Positions 1 through 9,007 of a stretch of DNA of 64,000 nt are shown here, in pieces (the first letter of the stretch is position 1; every line of letters begins with the position of its first letter). This stretch comes from Candidatus Woesearchaeota archaeon (GTDB lineage Archaea; Nanobdellota; Nanobdellia; Woesearchaeales; ARS49). The stretch lies in assembly GCA_038868995.1 (NCBI GenBank), contig JAWCRZ010000002.1, positions 24,726-88,725 on the forward strand, in the 5' to 3' direction. The position numbers were made by a program, and so were the translations under genes. The notes under the pieces were generated by a model. It was not told the origin of the DNA. It was given only the letters and a program-made list of their open reading frames with translations, and ran no database searches.

Positions 1-2
1 GG

Positions 3-146
3 GAGGTTGTTGAGGAAGTGAAAGAGTTCTCAATTGAAGAATTGTATCAGCGTGTTCTTGATGGTGAGTTTGATTTTCTGCATGAGGCATCAGTTATTAT
101 GATGTTGTACCGCGATTGGGAGGCTGGCCGGTTGCGTAATCCTTGA
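3..146 (+). CDS. 3' end of a CDS entering from upstream of the window (C-terminal ~47 aa ...EVVEEVKEFSIEELYQRVLDGEFDFLHEASVIMMLYRDWEAGRLRNP*); product unknown
   Basis: Open frame running from the window edge to a TGA at ~144-146. It converges on and overlaps the 3' end of the minus-strand gene 97..834 by ~50 nt. No recognisable motif. Confidence 0.3.
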   Translation, partial: EVVEEVKEFSIEELYQRVLDGEFDFLHEASVIMMLYRDWEAGRLRNP

Positions 147-834
147 GCACTTCATCGCGTTGAATCCGGTCGTTTGAAAGAACAGGGCTGTTGATGATTA
201 AATTCCATGCAAGCTCTCGTGCTTTTTGCAGTTCCTTGTGGGCGTGCCTGACATTGTGTTCTGCTTCAAAGCTGCTTGCGCCGATAACAAGCTGGGTGAC
301 GTGGTATTTGCCGTTGTCTTTTTCAAGCATCAAATAAAAGGGAATCATTGATTCGTTTCTCCTGCGTGGTATTTTTGGGATGAATTCGCTGTGCTCCATA
401 TCTTTTGGAACAAGGTAATAATGCCCGGTGTCAATGTCAACGACAACGTCTATTCTTCCTTTATATTTTCGGTCAATGAAGTTCTCTATGAGCATGGGAG
501 TTAATCGCTCGACAAGGTTGCGTGGTCCTGTTTTGCTGCATGGCTCAAGTATTCTGTAAAGCAAGCGCACATCTTCAGGAAGTTCTGCGTCGCAGGTGTC
601 GATTTTCATCTTCGCTTTCTGACGAACGCACTCCAATGCCGGCTCGCCGAGATATTGCAGGATTGTTTTTGAAAAACTGAAAAATTCCTCTCCGGAGTGC
701 TCGTATGCAAGCCGTTCAAGCACGCTGCAGGTTTCTTCTGCTTGTCGTGCGGGGGGTGCAGACAATATCCGTTCCATGCATCTTTTGTATGCTTCAGGCA
801 GCTGTGCTGGCTGTACGATGTGGACTTCGACCAT
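97..834 (-). CDS. hypothetical protein, 245 aa, second gene of a two-gene operon
   Basis: Long ORF whose ATG lies 2 nt from the stop of upstream gene 836..1300. No family recognised by eye. Confidence 0.5.
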   Translation of the reverse strand: MVEVHIVQPAQLPEAYKRCMERILSAPPARQAEETCSVLERLAYEHSGEEFFSFSKTILQYLGEPALECVRQKAKMKIDTCDAELPEDVRLLYRILEPCSKTGPRNLVERLTPMLIENFIDRKYKGRIDVVVDIDTGHYYLVPKDMEHSEFIPKIPRRRNESMIPFYLMLEKDNGKYHVTQLVIGASSFEAEHNVRHAHKELQKARELAWNLIINSPVLSNDRIQRDEVLKDYATGQPPNRGTTS

Positions 835-835
835 T

Positions 836-1300
836 TTACACCACCTCTGCCATCATCACTTGGTGCTTGGACGCCAGTGGCATCTCGCTGTCAATAACAA
901 AGGCGTATGCAATGTCGCGGGCTTTGAGCAGTTGTTCATTCGTGTGGTATCTGACCGGTGCCGCGCTTCCGGACATTTTTTTCATTGCATAGGTCATTAC
1001 AAACTCAAATCCTGAAATTCCGACAATGATTCTGGTGACAATGTTGTTCTGAACGCCAATTCCGATGCCGACAAAATGGTTGTATTTCATTGGGTCCTTT
1101 TTCATTTCAGCTTTTGTTTTTCCGGTCAGCAATTCAACAAATTCTGGATGGTCAATGTCTTCAGGAATGGCATACAATTTTCCTTTGTTGACGTCCGCGA
1201 TGAACCTGCCGATTTGTTCTTCGCCTGATCGCTTGGATGTGTAGTCAAGGTCAAATTTTGTCAGCTTTTTGCCGGTAACGTCACGCAACTCGATTGTCAT
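836..1300 (-). CDS. hypothetical protein, 154 aa, first gene of a two-gene operon
   Basis: ORF tightly coupled to 97..834. No recognisable motif. Confidence 0.5.
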   Translation of the reverse strand: MTIELRDVTGKKLTKFDLDYTSKRSGEEQIGRFIADVNKGKLYAIPEDIDHPEFVELLTGKTKAEMKKDPMKYNHFVGIGIGVQNNIVTRIIVGISGFEFVMTYAMKKMSGSAAPVRYHTNEQLLKARDIAYAFVIDSEMPLASKHQVMMAEVV

Positions 1301-1357
1301 TTTTTTATCCCTGAGTGGTAACGAATATACAATTATTTAAAAAACTTACTAATTTTA

Positions 1358-1493
1358 GGTTAAGTCAAGTTTCTGGTGCCGGTTGCTCTGGTCCTCTGGA
1401 CTCATTTTTCTCTCCTCCTCGCAGGTGCGGAGAAGAAAAATGACCTCTGCATAGCGAGGCAGAGCGGCCAGCACCATTAAGTTGGCAGCACCC
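1358..1493 (+). repeat. MITE-like intergenic repeat, copy 1 (reference orientation), ~136 bp
   Basis: Begins ggttaagtcaagtttctggtgc and ends ggccagcaccattaagttggcagcacc (imperfect TIR). Internal palindrome tcatttttctctcctcc...ggagaagaaaaatga. Five more copies occur in the window. Confidence 0.8.
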
Positions 1494-1540
1494 TAATTTT
1501 ATATATTGAAAATTAATAGAATTATGCATTGATAATAGAA

Positions 1541-2812
1541 TTATGCATTGATTATACCGTATCCTATCAGCCGCCATCTTTGCCCTACATTTCTGGACAT
1601 TGTCACCCTTGCGCCTTTGTCAGCGCAGACCGGCTTGCGCAATGCCACTTTTATCAAATTCTTGCCGAGTTCTTTAACAACGCCTACTGTCGCCGCAGAA
1701 TTCACGTTGAGCATGAGCAGTTCTCCCAGCTTTACCGGCTCTACCACTAATTTGTCTTTTGCACCTACAACCCTTTCAAGCAAATGTGTTTCCAGCTGGA
1801 ATTCGTACCAGACCTTTGGTGCATGGCCTTCCAGCACTACCACGCTTCCTGCGAGTTTGTCGCTTTTCACAACGCTGGGGTCAAGGGTTGTCATCGCTGC
1901 TATGCTGCCTCCCGGCACAACTTCTTTCACGCGTTCCCCGCCTGACATGAGAGAAACGACTTTTGTCCTTAACGGCTTCCAGATTTTCTGGTTTTTCTCC
2001 TGAACTTCATATCCTGGAAGTATTTCTATTTCCGCTCCCTCGATAAGCTTTCCCTGCTTCAGGGAACCGCCGAGAATGCCTCCGACCAGTTTGTCCGGAT
2101 ATGTTCCGGGCTTGTTGACGTCAAAGCTTCTTGCCACTAACATTACGGGGTCGGCGTTCACATCGCGATGCGGTGTCTTGAACTTTTCCTGTATTGTCTG
2201 TATGAGAATATCCAGATTAATAGAGTGTATTGCGCTCATTGGGATTATTGGCGCATTCTCGAATTTCGTCCCTTTCAGGAACGCTTTTATCTCGTTATGG
2301 TTTTTCTTTGCCTGTTCTGCTGATACAAGGTCAATCTTGTTCTGCACCACGATAAGGTTGTCAATTCCTACTATTTCAAGCGCCTGCAAATGCTCTCTTG
2401 TCTGTGGCTGGGGGCAGCTTTCTGTTGCGGATATTAGGAGCAATGCACCATCCATTATTGCCGCGCCGCAGAGCATTGTTGCCATCAAGCTTTCGTGGCC
2501 CGGCGCATCAACAAGTGAGACTTTTCTCAGGAATTCCGCTTCGCCGCCACATTTCGGGCATTTTTGCGAGACGCCGTAAGCATCAGAAGCTTCGCATTTT
2601 TTGCACTTGTAAAATGAGACGTCTGCATATCCGAGCCGTATGGTAATGCCTCTTTTTATCTCCTCTGAATGTGTGTCTGTCCATTTGCCAGAAAGTGTTT
2701 GTACAAGGGTTGTCTTGCCGTGGTCCACATGTCCTATCATGCCTATGTTGATTTCCGGCTGTATTTGTGTTTTCGGCGTTTCTTCTGTTTTTGCTTTCTT
2801 TCTGGGAGCCAT
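1541..2812 (-). CDS. eif2g: translation initiation factor aIF2 gamma subunit
   Basis: G1 motif GHVDHGKTTL, DAPGH and NKIDL motifs, the zinc-knuckle CxxC..CxxC insertion typical of a/eIF2-gamma, EF-Tu-like domains II and III. Confidence 0.95.
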   Translation of the reverse strand: MAPRKKAKTEETPKTQIQPEINIGMIGHVDHGKTTLVQTLSGKWTDTHSEEIKRGITIRLGYADVSFYKCKKCEASDAYGVSQKCPKCGGEAEFLRKVSLVDAPGHESLMATMLCGAAIMDGALLLISATESCPQPQTREHLQALEIVGIDNLIVVQNKIDLVSAEQAKKNHNEIKAFLKGTKFENAPIIPMSAIHSINLDILIQTIQEKFKTPHRDVNADPVMLVARSFDVNKPGTYPDKLVGGILGGSLKQGKLIEGAEIEILPGYEVQEKNQKIWKPLRTKVVSLMSGGERVKEVVPGGSIAAMTTLDPSVVKSDKLAGSVVVLEGHAPKVWYEFQLETHLLERVVGAKDKLVVEPVKLGELLMLNVNSAATVGVVKELGKNLIKVALRKPVCADKGARVTMSRNVGQRWRLIGYGIINA

Positions 2813-2845
2813 TATTCGTCGAAATCAAGAAATGGTTTATAAATG

Positions 2846-3367
2846 TTATCTCAGCACGTATGCTCGGCCGTGCATCGTTGTCTCGGCAATTTTTTCCAAT
2901 GCTTCGCGAAGTGCAGCAGGATTTGTTTCTGTCCTGCCTATATATGGAATTTTTTCAAAGCCGATTGTTGATGCGCAGCAAAGTGTGTAATACACGAGCT
3001 GCAGTTCATCTCTTGGTGAAATGTGTTTCGCGTCTTCCGGCTCAGTGAAATGCCCAATGCCAAATCCTGCTATTATTTTCTCCCCTATGCGCTGGTAGCA
3101 TGCGTGCGGAGTGTTGAGAATGTTTGATAAGCGCCTGCGCAGCTTGTTCTCATCAGGATATTTGCTCCATACATCTGCCAATGAGCAGCTCTTGAAAGCG
3201 CTTCCGATATCTATTGTGGCAACATCCGGCTGAGTGTGGATTTCGTAGTAATGCCTTCTTTCATAGCCGGGAATTTCCACAACATTCAGGATTATTTTTT
3301 CAGCCGGCTTTGTCAGGCGCTTAAGCTCTTCCTCTGCACCTTCTACTCTCCAACAGATGTGGCTCAT
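2846..3367 (-). CDS. hypothetical protein, 173 aa, upstream of aIF2-gamma in the same orientation
   Basis: ORF with good coding appearance. It has HxT-like segments (GHFTEPE) but I could not secure a 2H-phosphoesterase or any other assignment. Confidence 0.5.
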   Translation of the reverse strand: MSHICWRVEGAEEELKRLTKPAEKIILNVVEIPGYERRHYYEIHTQPDVATIDIGSAFKSCSLADVWSKYPDENKLRRRLSNILNTPHACYQRIGEKIIAGFGIGHFTEPEDAKHISPRDELQLVYYTLCCASTIGFEKIPYIGRTETNPAALREALEKIAETTMHGRAYVLR

Positions 3368-3416
3368 ATCGGCGAGTTATGTTATTATTTTATTTAAATA
3401 TTTCGAAAATTTACTA

Positions 3417-4853
3417 TTATAAGGTGGTGACTGTCTCCGGTTTTTTTGGCTCCATCTGGAATGTTGTCACCTTGTTTTTTCCCTGTTTTTTCGAGTATCT
3501 TACTCTTCTGTCTGCCGCGTTCATCAGTTCTTCCAGTTTTGTTCCATCCTGCTGCAGAATAGCAACTCCCATGCTAACTGTGACTCTTTCTGGCGCCACT
3601 CCAATGCTTTCCTGCGCTATTGCCTCCCTGAGCGTTTCCGCAAGCGTCACTCCACCAACAGGGCCTGTATTGGGAGCTACTATCATCATTTCCTCGCCGC
3701 CCCACCTGCAGGCAGCGTCGCTCTTTCTTATGTGCTTGCGGGTTATCTCTGCCACTTTCGCGATTACCTTGTCACCCGTCTCCTCTCCGTACTTTTTGTT
3801 GAATGCTCCAAAGTCGTCTATGTCAAACATTATTAAGACAAGGGGTGTTTTTTGGCGGAGCGCAACTGTTATCAGTTCTTGCGCCAATGGGACAAATGCA
3901 TGCCTGTTCAAAAGTCCTGTAAGTGCGTCGTGTGTTGCAAGATGCGATGTTCGCGTTAATGCTATGCGTTGCGCTTTTGCTTCTTTTTGAAGATATTCAA
4001 TTGCTTCCGGCTCGAGCAAATCAGCGTGCTTCAACAGCAAGCTCTGGTAATGCAGGAATTCTTCAGGTGTTGCGATTGTTGTCAAGTCCTTTTCAATGTC
4101 TTGCTTGGTTATTTTTTGGGTAAATATGAGCCATTTTCTTCGCGGCTTTTCATATTTTTCAATGAGCGCTTCAGCCCAGGTTTTCTCTTCGAGCATTGGC
4201 TGGAGACGGTCATAAATCTCTGTTTTTTCCTCAAGTATTGCCTTTTCAAAGCGTCTGGAAGTATCCTTCCATTCAAGCATAAGATGGTCGATGTCAAGTT
4301 GTGTGTCTTTTTTTCTGGTTTCTTCAATGAGGGAGTCAAAGTCCTGTTTCAGCTGGCGCTCGTACTTTATCATTCCCTGGAACAGGCGGATTGCGTCTGC
4401 GAAGTGTTCCAGCACGCTTTCTGCTTTGCCGATTGCATTAAGCTCTTCTTCCTTCTCGCGAAGTATGCCTGCTATTTTTTTTCCTGCCTGTTCTGCCTTG
4501 ATTCCGCCTGCTGCCTGGTCGCGTAGCAGTTCCTCGTATTTGTGCTTTTTTCCTTGTGCAAAATTGTCAAGGGCTTCTTTTTCGGCTGTCACGGATGTGA
4601 AATCCAGGTTGGCAAGCATTTGCCGCACGTGCTGCTCAATCTCATTCAGCAGCAAAAGCACTTTTTGGCGTGCTGCAGGGTCTTCTTTGTTGGCTTGAAG
4701 CGCCTCAACCAGTGCAGCGACTTTTTGTTTGAAAGGATACAGTGCCAGAATTCTTTTTTCAAATGTTTTCAGTACATTTTTTTCTTCCTGCGTGAGTTTC
4801 TGGAACAAGAGCAATGCTGCGTCTGCCATGTTTCCTCTTTTCGGTTGTTTCAA
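3417..4853 (-). CDS. GGDEF-domain protein (diguanylate-cyclase family): N-terminal ~300-aa coiled-coil region plus C-terminal GGDEF domain with GGEEM variant motif and RxxD I-site
   Basis: C-terminal ~165 aa carry DALTGLLNRHAF, FDIDDFGAFNKKYGEETGDKV, RKSDAACRWGGEEMMIVAP and MNAADRRVRYSKKQGKNKV. These match the GGDEF consensus (D.LTGL.NR, DID.FK.IN, RxxD-x3-RxGG[DE]EF, AD.ALY.AK..GRN). Confidence 0.8.
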   Translation of the reverse strand: MKQPKRGNMADAALLLFQKLTQEEKNVLKTFEKRILALYPFKQKVAALVEALQANKEDPAARQKVLLLLNEIEQHVRQMLANLDFTSVTAEKEALDNFAQGKKHKYEELLRDQAAGGIKAEQAGKKIAGILREKEEELNAIGKAESVLEHFADAIRLFQGMIKYERQLKQDFDSLIEETRKKDTQLDIDHLMLEWKDTSRRFEKAILEEKTEIYDRLQPMLEEKTWAEALIEKYEKPRRKWLIFTQKITKQDIEKDLTTIATPEEFLHYQSLLLKHADLLEPEAIEYLQKEAKAQRIALTRTSHLATHDALTGLLNRHAFVPLAQELITVALRQKTPLVLIMFDIDDFGAFNKKYGEETGDKVIAKVAEITRKHIRKSDAACRWGGEEMMIVAPNTGPVGGVTLAETLREAIAQESIGVAPERVTVSMGVAILQQDGTKLEELMNAADRRVRYSKKQGKNKVTTFQMEPKKPETVTTL

Positions 4854-4873
4854 TAAACGGGCAATATAAATCT

Positions 4874-6187
4874 TTACCCTTGCAGCAGCTTTGACACCCA
4901 GTCGATTACCTGGTCAAGTTTCTTTTTGCTGTCTGCATCAGCGTTCAACCTCACGACGTTTTCTGTCTTGCTCAGCCGGAGATTGAACCAGAAATCCTCT
5001 CCGAAGAATGATATTCCATCGACTGTTTCTTTTTTGTATTTTTTGAATGCTTCCTCGACTTTTTTCATGGCTGCCTGCTTGTCTGCCACTTTGTAGTTTA
5101 TTTCTCCTGATATTGAGTATTTCTCAAGCGGCTTTACAAGCTCGCTCATCTTCTTGCCTGATTTTGACAATATGTCCAGCATGAAAAGTGCCGCAACGTC
5201 TCCTGAATCGACAAAATTGAATTTTTTGAAATACCAGTGTCCGCTTAGTTCCCCTCCGAAGTTTGCGTTTTCTTTTTTCATCCGCAATGGTATTTCGGTA
5301 TGCCCCACCATGTTTGGATACGCTTTAATTCCAAATTCCTTCATTTTTTCCCGCACAATTCTGCTCATGTTTGCTGCAAATACCGCTTTGTCGCCTTTTT
5401 TGCACAGATGACGTGCGAAAAGTATGAACGCATGGTCAGACCTTACTCTTCTTCCTTTTTCGTCTATGAAAAATACTCTGTCGCAATCGGCGTCATATGC
5501 TATTCCAATGTCGTATTTTCCGGAAACAACTTGTTTTTGCAGTTCTGCAGTGTTTTCCTCCAGCAATGGGTTTGCAATGTGGTTTGGGAAGCTGCCGTCC
5601 ATCTCGCCGTAAAGGAGCTTGTATTTTATCGGCAGCCCTTTCATCAGTGTCGGCACTACGTGCCCTGCCATTCCATTGCCGCAGTCGATTAGAACTTTTA
5701 ACGGCTTGTATTTTCCATTTACAATTTTTTTCACATATCTTGCGTAATCAGGAAGTATGTTCTTTGCCGTTACTTTTCCTTTTTTCCGTGTGTCAGGGAA
5801 ATGGCATTTGTTCACAAGCTTTTCAATTTGTGGCAGGCCGTTGTGCTCTCCGATTATGTCAACGCCTTTCTTTGCCACTTTGATTCCGTTGTATTCTTTT
5901 GGCAGATGTGATGCTGTTATCATCAAGGCATCGTGCTTAATTGATGCGTAATATATCATTGGAGTGTTGCTGTAGCCCGTGTCTATTACGTCCGCTCCCT
6001 GGTCGGTTATTCCATATACCAATGATTTTTTCAATGGAAGCGAGCTTTTCCTGCAGTCCCTGCCAACCAGTATCTTTTTTGCTTTGAGAAAAATCACCGA
6101 TGCTCGTCCGATTTTATAGGCAAGTTCCTCGTTCAATTCTCCGGGGCACAGTCCTCTGATGTCGTATGCTTTGAAGATACCTGCCAT
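4874..6187 (-). CDS. phosphomannomutase/phosphoglucomutase (alpha-D-phosphohexomutase family)
   Basis: MAGIFKAYDIRG N-terminus, active-site loop TASHLP(KEYNGIK), GEMDG and GGE.SGH motifs. Start trimmed from the 526-aa six-frame ORF to the ATG at 6187, which overlaps the stop of the upstream gene (TAATG). Confidence 0.85.
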   Translation of the reverse strand: MAGIFKAYDIRGLCPGELNEELAYKIGRASVIFLKAKKILVGRDCRKSSLPLKKSLVYGITDQGADVIDTGYSNTPMIYYASIKHDALMITASHLPKEYNGIKVAKKGVDIIGEHNGLPQIEKLVNKCHFPDTRKKGKVTAKNILPDYARYVKKIVNGKYKPLKVLIDCGNGMAGHVVPTLMKGLPIKYKLLYGEMDGSFPNHIANPLLEENTAELQKQVVSGKYDIGIAYDADCDRVFFIDEKGRRVRSDHAFILFARHLCKKGDKAVFAANMSRIVREKMKEFGIKAYPNMVGHTEIPLRMKKENANFGGELSGHWYFKKFNFVDSGDVAALFMLDILSKSGKKMSELVKPLEKYSISGEINYKVADKQAAMKKVEEAFKKYKKETVDGISFFGEDFWFNLRLSKTENVVRLNADADSKKKLDQVIDWVSKLLQG

Positions 6188-6594
6188 TAATGCTCCCTTT
6201 CGCCGAAATGCCTGCACTCGCTGTTCATTATGCCGCTTACTGCGGCGCCTTGCGGGACTTTCTTGTCTGCTGTCAGCAGTACTTTCTTTTTTCCAGCGTG
6301 GGAAATCAGCAGCATTCCCTGGCTTTCCTCTCCTCCGATGAGTTCCGGTTCGATGTTGCAAAGCACCACAACCTGCTTGCCGAGCAGTTCTTCCATTTTG
6401 TACGAGTCGGCAAGGCCCGCAACCACTTGTATGTCCTCGTCCGCTGCTGCGCAATCCACTATGATGATGTATTCTTTCGGGTTTTTTGGATGCGTTTTGA
6501 CTTGTGCTATTGTTCCGACGCGCAACTGCAGTTTTTCAAAGTCCTGATGGGAAATTTTTTTGTAATCGCCGACATCTGTCCGGATTTTCGCCAT
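6187..6594 (-). CDS. tRNA-binding domain protein (Trbp111/CsaA/EMAP-like OB fold)
   Basis: LQLRVGTIAQVKTHPKNPKEYIIIVDCAA..LISHAGKKVLL matches the MetRS C-terminal/Trbp111-type tRNA-binding domain pattern. Confidence 0.65.
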   Translation of the reverse strand: MAKIRTDVGDYKKISHQDFEKLQLRVGTIAQVKTHPKNPKEYIIIVDCAAADEDIQVVAGLADSYKMEELLGKQVVVLCNIEPELIGGEESQGMLLISHAGKKKVLLTADKKVPQGAAVSGIMNSECRHFGEREH

Positions 6595-6651
6595 TGTATC
6601 ACCCTTTCAATTATTTTCTCATTGTGCTGTATAAAAAAGTTTTGCTTGGAT

Positions 6652-6791
6652 GGTGCTGTCAACTAAATGGTGCTGGCCGCTCTGCCTCATCTTCGCAGAG
6701 GTCATTTTTCTCTCCTCCGCATTTGCGAGGAGGAGAGAAAAATGAGTCCGGAGGACCAAAGTGCAGCCAGCACCAGAAACTTGACTTAACC
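6652..6791 (-). repeat. MITE-like intergenic repeat, copy 2 (inverted orientation), full length
   Basis: Reverse complement of copy 1 over ~140 bp, with a perfect internal palindrome tcatttttctctcctcc gca tttgc gaggaggagagaaaaatga. Confidence 0.8.
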
Positions 6792-6827
6792 TGCTTGGAT
6801 AAGTTTTAAATATGGTGTTGCAATAAA

Positions 6828-8117
6828 TTGCTCGCAATGGATAAAAAGAGGTTTTTGTTTGTCAGCGAAGAGGCATTGATTGGGGATTTGGCGTGGCAGG
6901 TGAAAAAGGAGGGCCACCACGTGAAATATTTTATCGGCGAAAAGGCAAGCCGTGACATTTGTGATGGTTTTGTTGACAAGTGTGATGACTGGAAAAAAGA
7001 GATTTCCTGGGCTGACGTGGTTGTTTTTGATGATGTTTTCTACGGCGAGGAAGCTGACAAGCTTAGAAAAGAGGGGAAAGCAGTGGTTGGCGGTTCTGTT
7101 TATACCGACCGTTTGGAAGAGGACCGCGAGTTCGGCCAGCAGGAGCTGAAAAAGGTTGATGTGAATGTTCTACCGCACTGGGACTTTACCGATTTTGACG
7201 AGGCGATAAAGTTTGTTGAGAAAAACCCTGGCAGGTATGTTTTGAAACCTACGTCCAAGTCGGGTGAAAAGGAATTGTTGTTTGTGGGTCAGGAGGAGGA
7301 TGGCAAAGATGTCATCCAGCTTCTTGAGCATTACAAGAAGGCGTGGTCAAAAAAAATTAAGTATTTCCAGATTCAGAAGTATGTTTCCGGCGTTGAGGTT
7401 GCTGTTGGCGCGTTTTTTAATGGCATTGATTTCATCACTCCGATTAATGTCAACTTTGAGCACAAGCGTATGTTTCCAGGCGATATTGGTCCTTCTACCG
7501 GGGAGATGGGAACTTCAATGTACTGGGCGCCCCCAAACAGGATTTTTAGCGAGACGCTTGCAAAGCTTAAACCCGCTCTTCAGCAAGCAGGGTATGTGGG
7601 CTACATAGACCTTAACTGTATAGTGAACAACAAGGGGATTCACCCGTTGGAATTTACGAGCCGTTTCGGCTATCCCACAATAAGTATTCAGATGGAAGGG
7701 ATTGTTTCTCCTTGGGGAGAGTTTTTGCATGCTCTCGCAAACCATAAGCCGTATGATTTGAAGGCGAAAAAGGGATTTCAGGTTGGCATTGTTGTTGCGT
7801 GCCCGCCGTTTCCGTTTTATGACCTTGCCGCGTTCAAGAAGTATGCAGAGGATGCCACTATTCTTTTCAAGAAGCCGGTGTTTGATGGAGTGCGCCTTGG
7901 TGATGTGAAGCTTGTTGAGGGCGACTGGCGTCTTGCCGGCTATTCCGGTTATTGCCTTGTTGTCACCGGTTCGGGCTCTACTATGGAGGAGGCGAGAAAG
8001 CAGGCGTACCAGCGTGTGAAGAATATTATGATTCCGAACATGTTTTACCGCACAGACATCGGCGTGCGCTGGTTTACGGATTCTGACAAATTGCACACGT
8101 GGGGGTATCTTTCATAA
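6828..8117 (+). CDS. PurD-like ATP-grasp enzyme (phosphoribosylamine--glycine ligase family)
   Basis: FEHKRMFPGDIGPSTGEMGTSMYWAPP matches the PurD signature QDHKR..DGD.GPNTGGMGAYSP. Length 429 aa fits. The N-terminus is diverged from the GGREHALAWK consensus. Confidence 0.6.
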   Translation: MLAMDKKRFLFVSEEALIGDLAWQVKKEGHHVKYFIGEKASRDICDGFVDKCDDWKKEISWADVVVFDDVFYGEEADKLRKEGKAVVGGSVYTDRLEEDREFGQQELKKVDVNVLPHWDFTDFDEAIKFVEKNPGRYVLKPTSKSGEKELLFVGQEEDGKDVIQLLEHYKKAWSKKIKYFQIQKYVSGVEVAVGAFFNGIDFITPINVNFEHKRMFPGDIGPSTGEMGTSMYWAPPNRIFSETLAKLKPALQQAGYVGYIDLNCIVNNKGIHPLEFTSRFGYPTISIQMEGIVSPWGEFLHALANHKPYDLKAKKGFQVGIVVACPPFPFYDLAAFKKYAEDATILFKKPVFDGVRLGDVKLVEGDWRLAGYSGYCLVVTGSGSTMEEARKQAYQRVKNIMIPNMFYRTDIGVRWFTDSDKLHTWGYLS

Positions 8118-9007
8118 TGGTCAGTTATACAAGAATGCAGGGAGAGTTGATAAGTTTTGAGACAGCTGACAAGCTGGAGCTTGAGGGGATGCTTTGCGCA
8201 CCAACGCGCTCCAAAACGTGCCTGGTTCACGTGCACGGCATGACTGACAATTTTTTTGGCATCAGCATGGTTGACAACATGATGCACGCTGCTTTCCGAA
8301 ATGAGATGTCTTTTTTCGCGTTTAACAACCGCGGAATGGGCACCATCACGATTTTTCAGAAGCTGAAGGAGCATTTGGTTTTCAGGACGATTGGCACTGC
8401 TTTTGAGAACTTTAAGGACTGCCTTCTTGATATTGATGGCGCGCTGAAGATGCTGCGCGAGCGCGGCTACAGGAATTTTATCCTGTCAGGCCACAGTACT
8501 GGCTGCCAGAAGATTGCTTATTATCAATGGCGCAAGAACAGGAAGTCGGTCAAGGGGCTTATTCTGCTTTCTCCTGCTGATGATTACAACTGGCAGATAA
8601 AGTCGCTGGGCGCGAGAAAGCACAAGGAGACAGTCCAGCTGGCGCGCAAGCTTGTCCGCGCAGGCAGGGGGCGTGAGCTGATGCCTCCTGAGGCAGAACC
8701 GTCTTATTTCAGCGCCAAGCGTTATTATGATTTGTACAGCGGCTCGAGTGTTGAAGCAAAATTGTTCAATTATGAGGGCCCTATGAAGGCGGTGCAGAAG
8801 ATTAAGATTCCTATGCTCGCAGTGCTTGGAGGCAAAGAGGAGTTTGCTGCAATGCCGCCTCGCAGGATGCTGAAGATTCTTGATGGCAAGATGCAGCACC
8901 CTTATTCCCGCACTGTGTTGATAAAGGGAGCTGACCATTGCTTCTGTTTGAAGGAGGAGGAAGCAGAGGCGGCAGTGTCCAAATGGCTTAGAAACCTTCT
9001 CTGGTAG
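8117..9007 (+). CDS. alpha/beta-fold hydrolase
   Basis: Nucleophile elbow GHSTGCQ (GxSxG), with HG and acid/His segments downstream. The ATG at 8117 overlaps the stop of the upstream gene (TAATG). The six-frame ORF began at an alternative GTG at 8099. Confidence 0.65.
   Translation: MVSYTRMQGELISFETADKLELEGMLCAPTRSKTCLVHVHGMTDNFFGISMVDNMMHAAFRNEMSFFAFNNRGMGTITIFQKLKEHLVFRTIGTAFENFKDCLLDIDGALKMLRERGYRNFILSGHSTGCQKIAYYQWRKNRKSVKGLILLSPADDYNWQIKSLGARKHKETVQLARKLVRAGRGRELMPPEAEPSYFSAKRYYDLYSGSSVEAKLFNYEGPMKAVQKIKIPMLAVLGGKEEFAAMPPRRMLKILDGKMQHPYSRTVLIKGADHCFCLKEEEAEAAVSKWLRNLLW

Noticed and set aside
1548-2579. Plus-strand ORFs 1548..2003, 1759..1950 and 2076..2579, antisense to the aIF2-gamma gene
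   Set aside because: They lie entirely inside a confidently identified gene on the other strand. Their composition is Ser/Thr/Pro/Leu-rich and low-complexity, typical of the reverse-frame shadow of a GC-balanced gene.
3969-4856. Plus-strand ORFs 3969..4526, 4291..4698 and 4542..4856, antisense to the GGDEF gene
   Set aside because: Shadow ORFs: Cys/Phe/Leu-rich, with no start context, fully nested in the GGDEF coding region.
6188-6454. N-terminal 89-codon extension of the PGM/PMM ORF (MRSSGRGHTSGCGP...)
   Set aside because: It is Arg/Gly-rich and nonsensical, and it overlaps the well-formed tRNA-binding-domain gene. The canonical MAGIFKAYDIRG start coincides with a TAATG junction. Similar extensions were trimmed at 55681..56043, 58878..59225 and 62771..62920.
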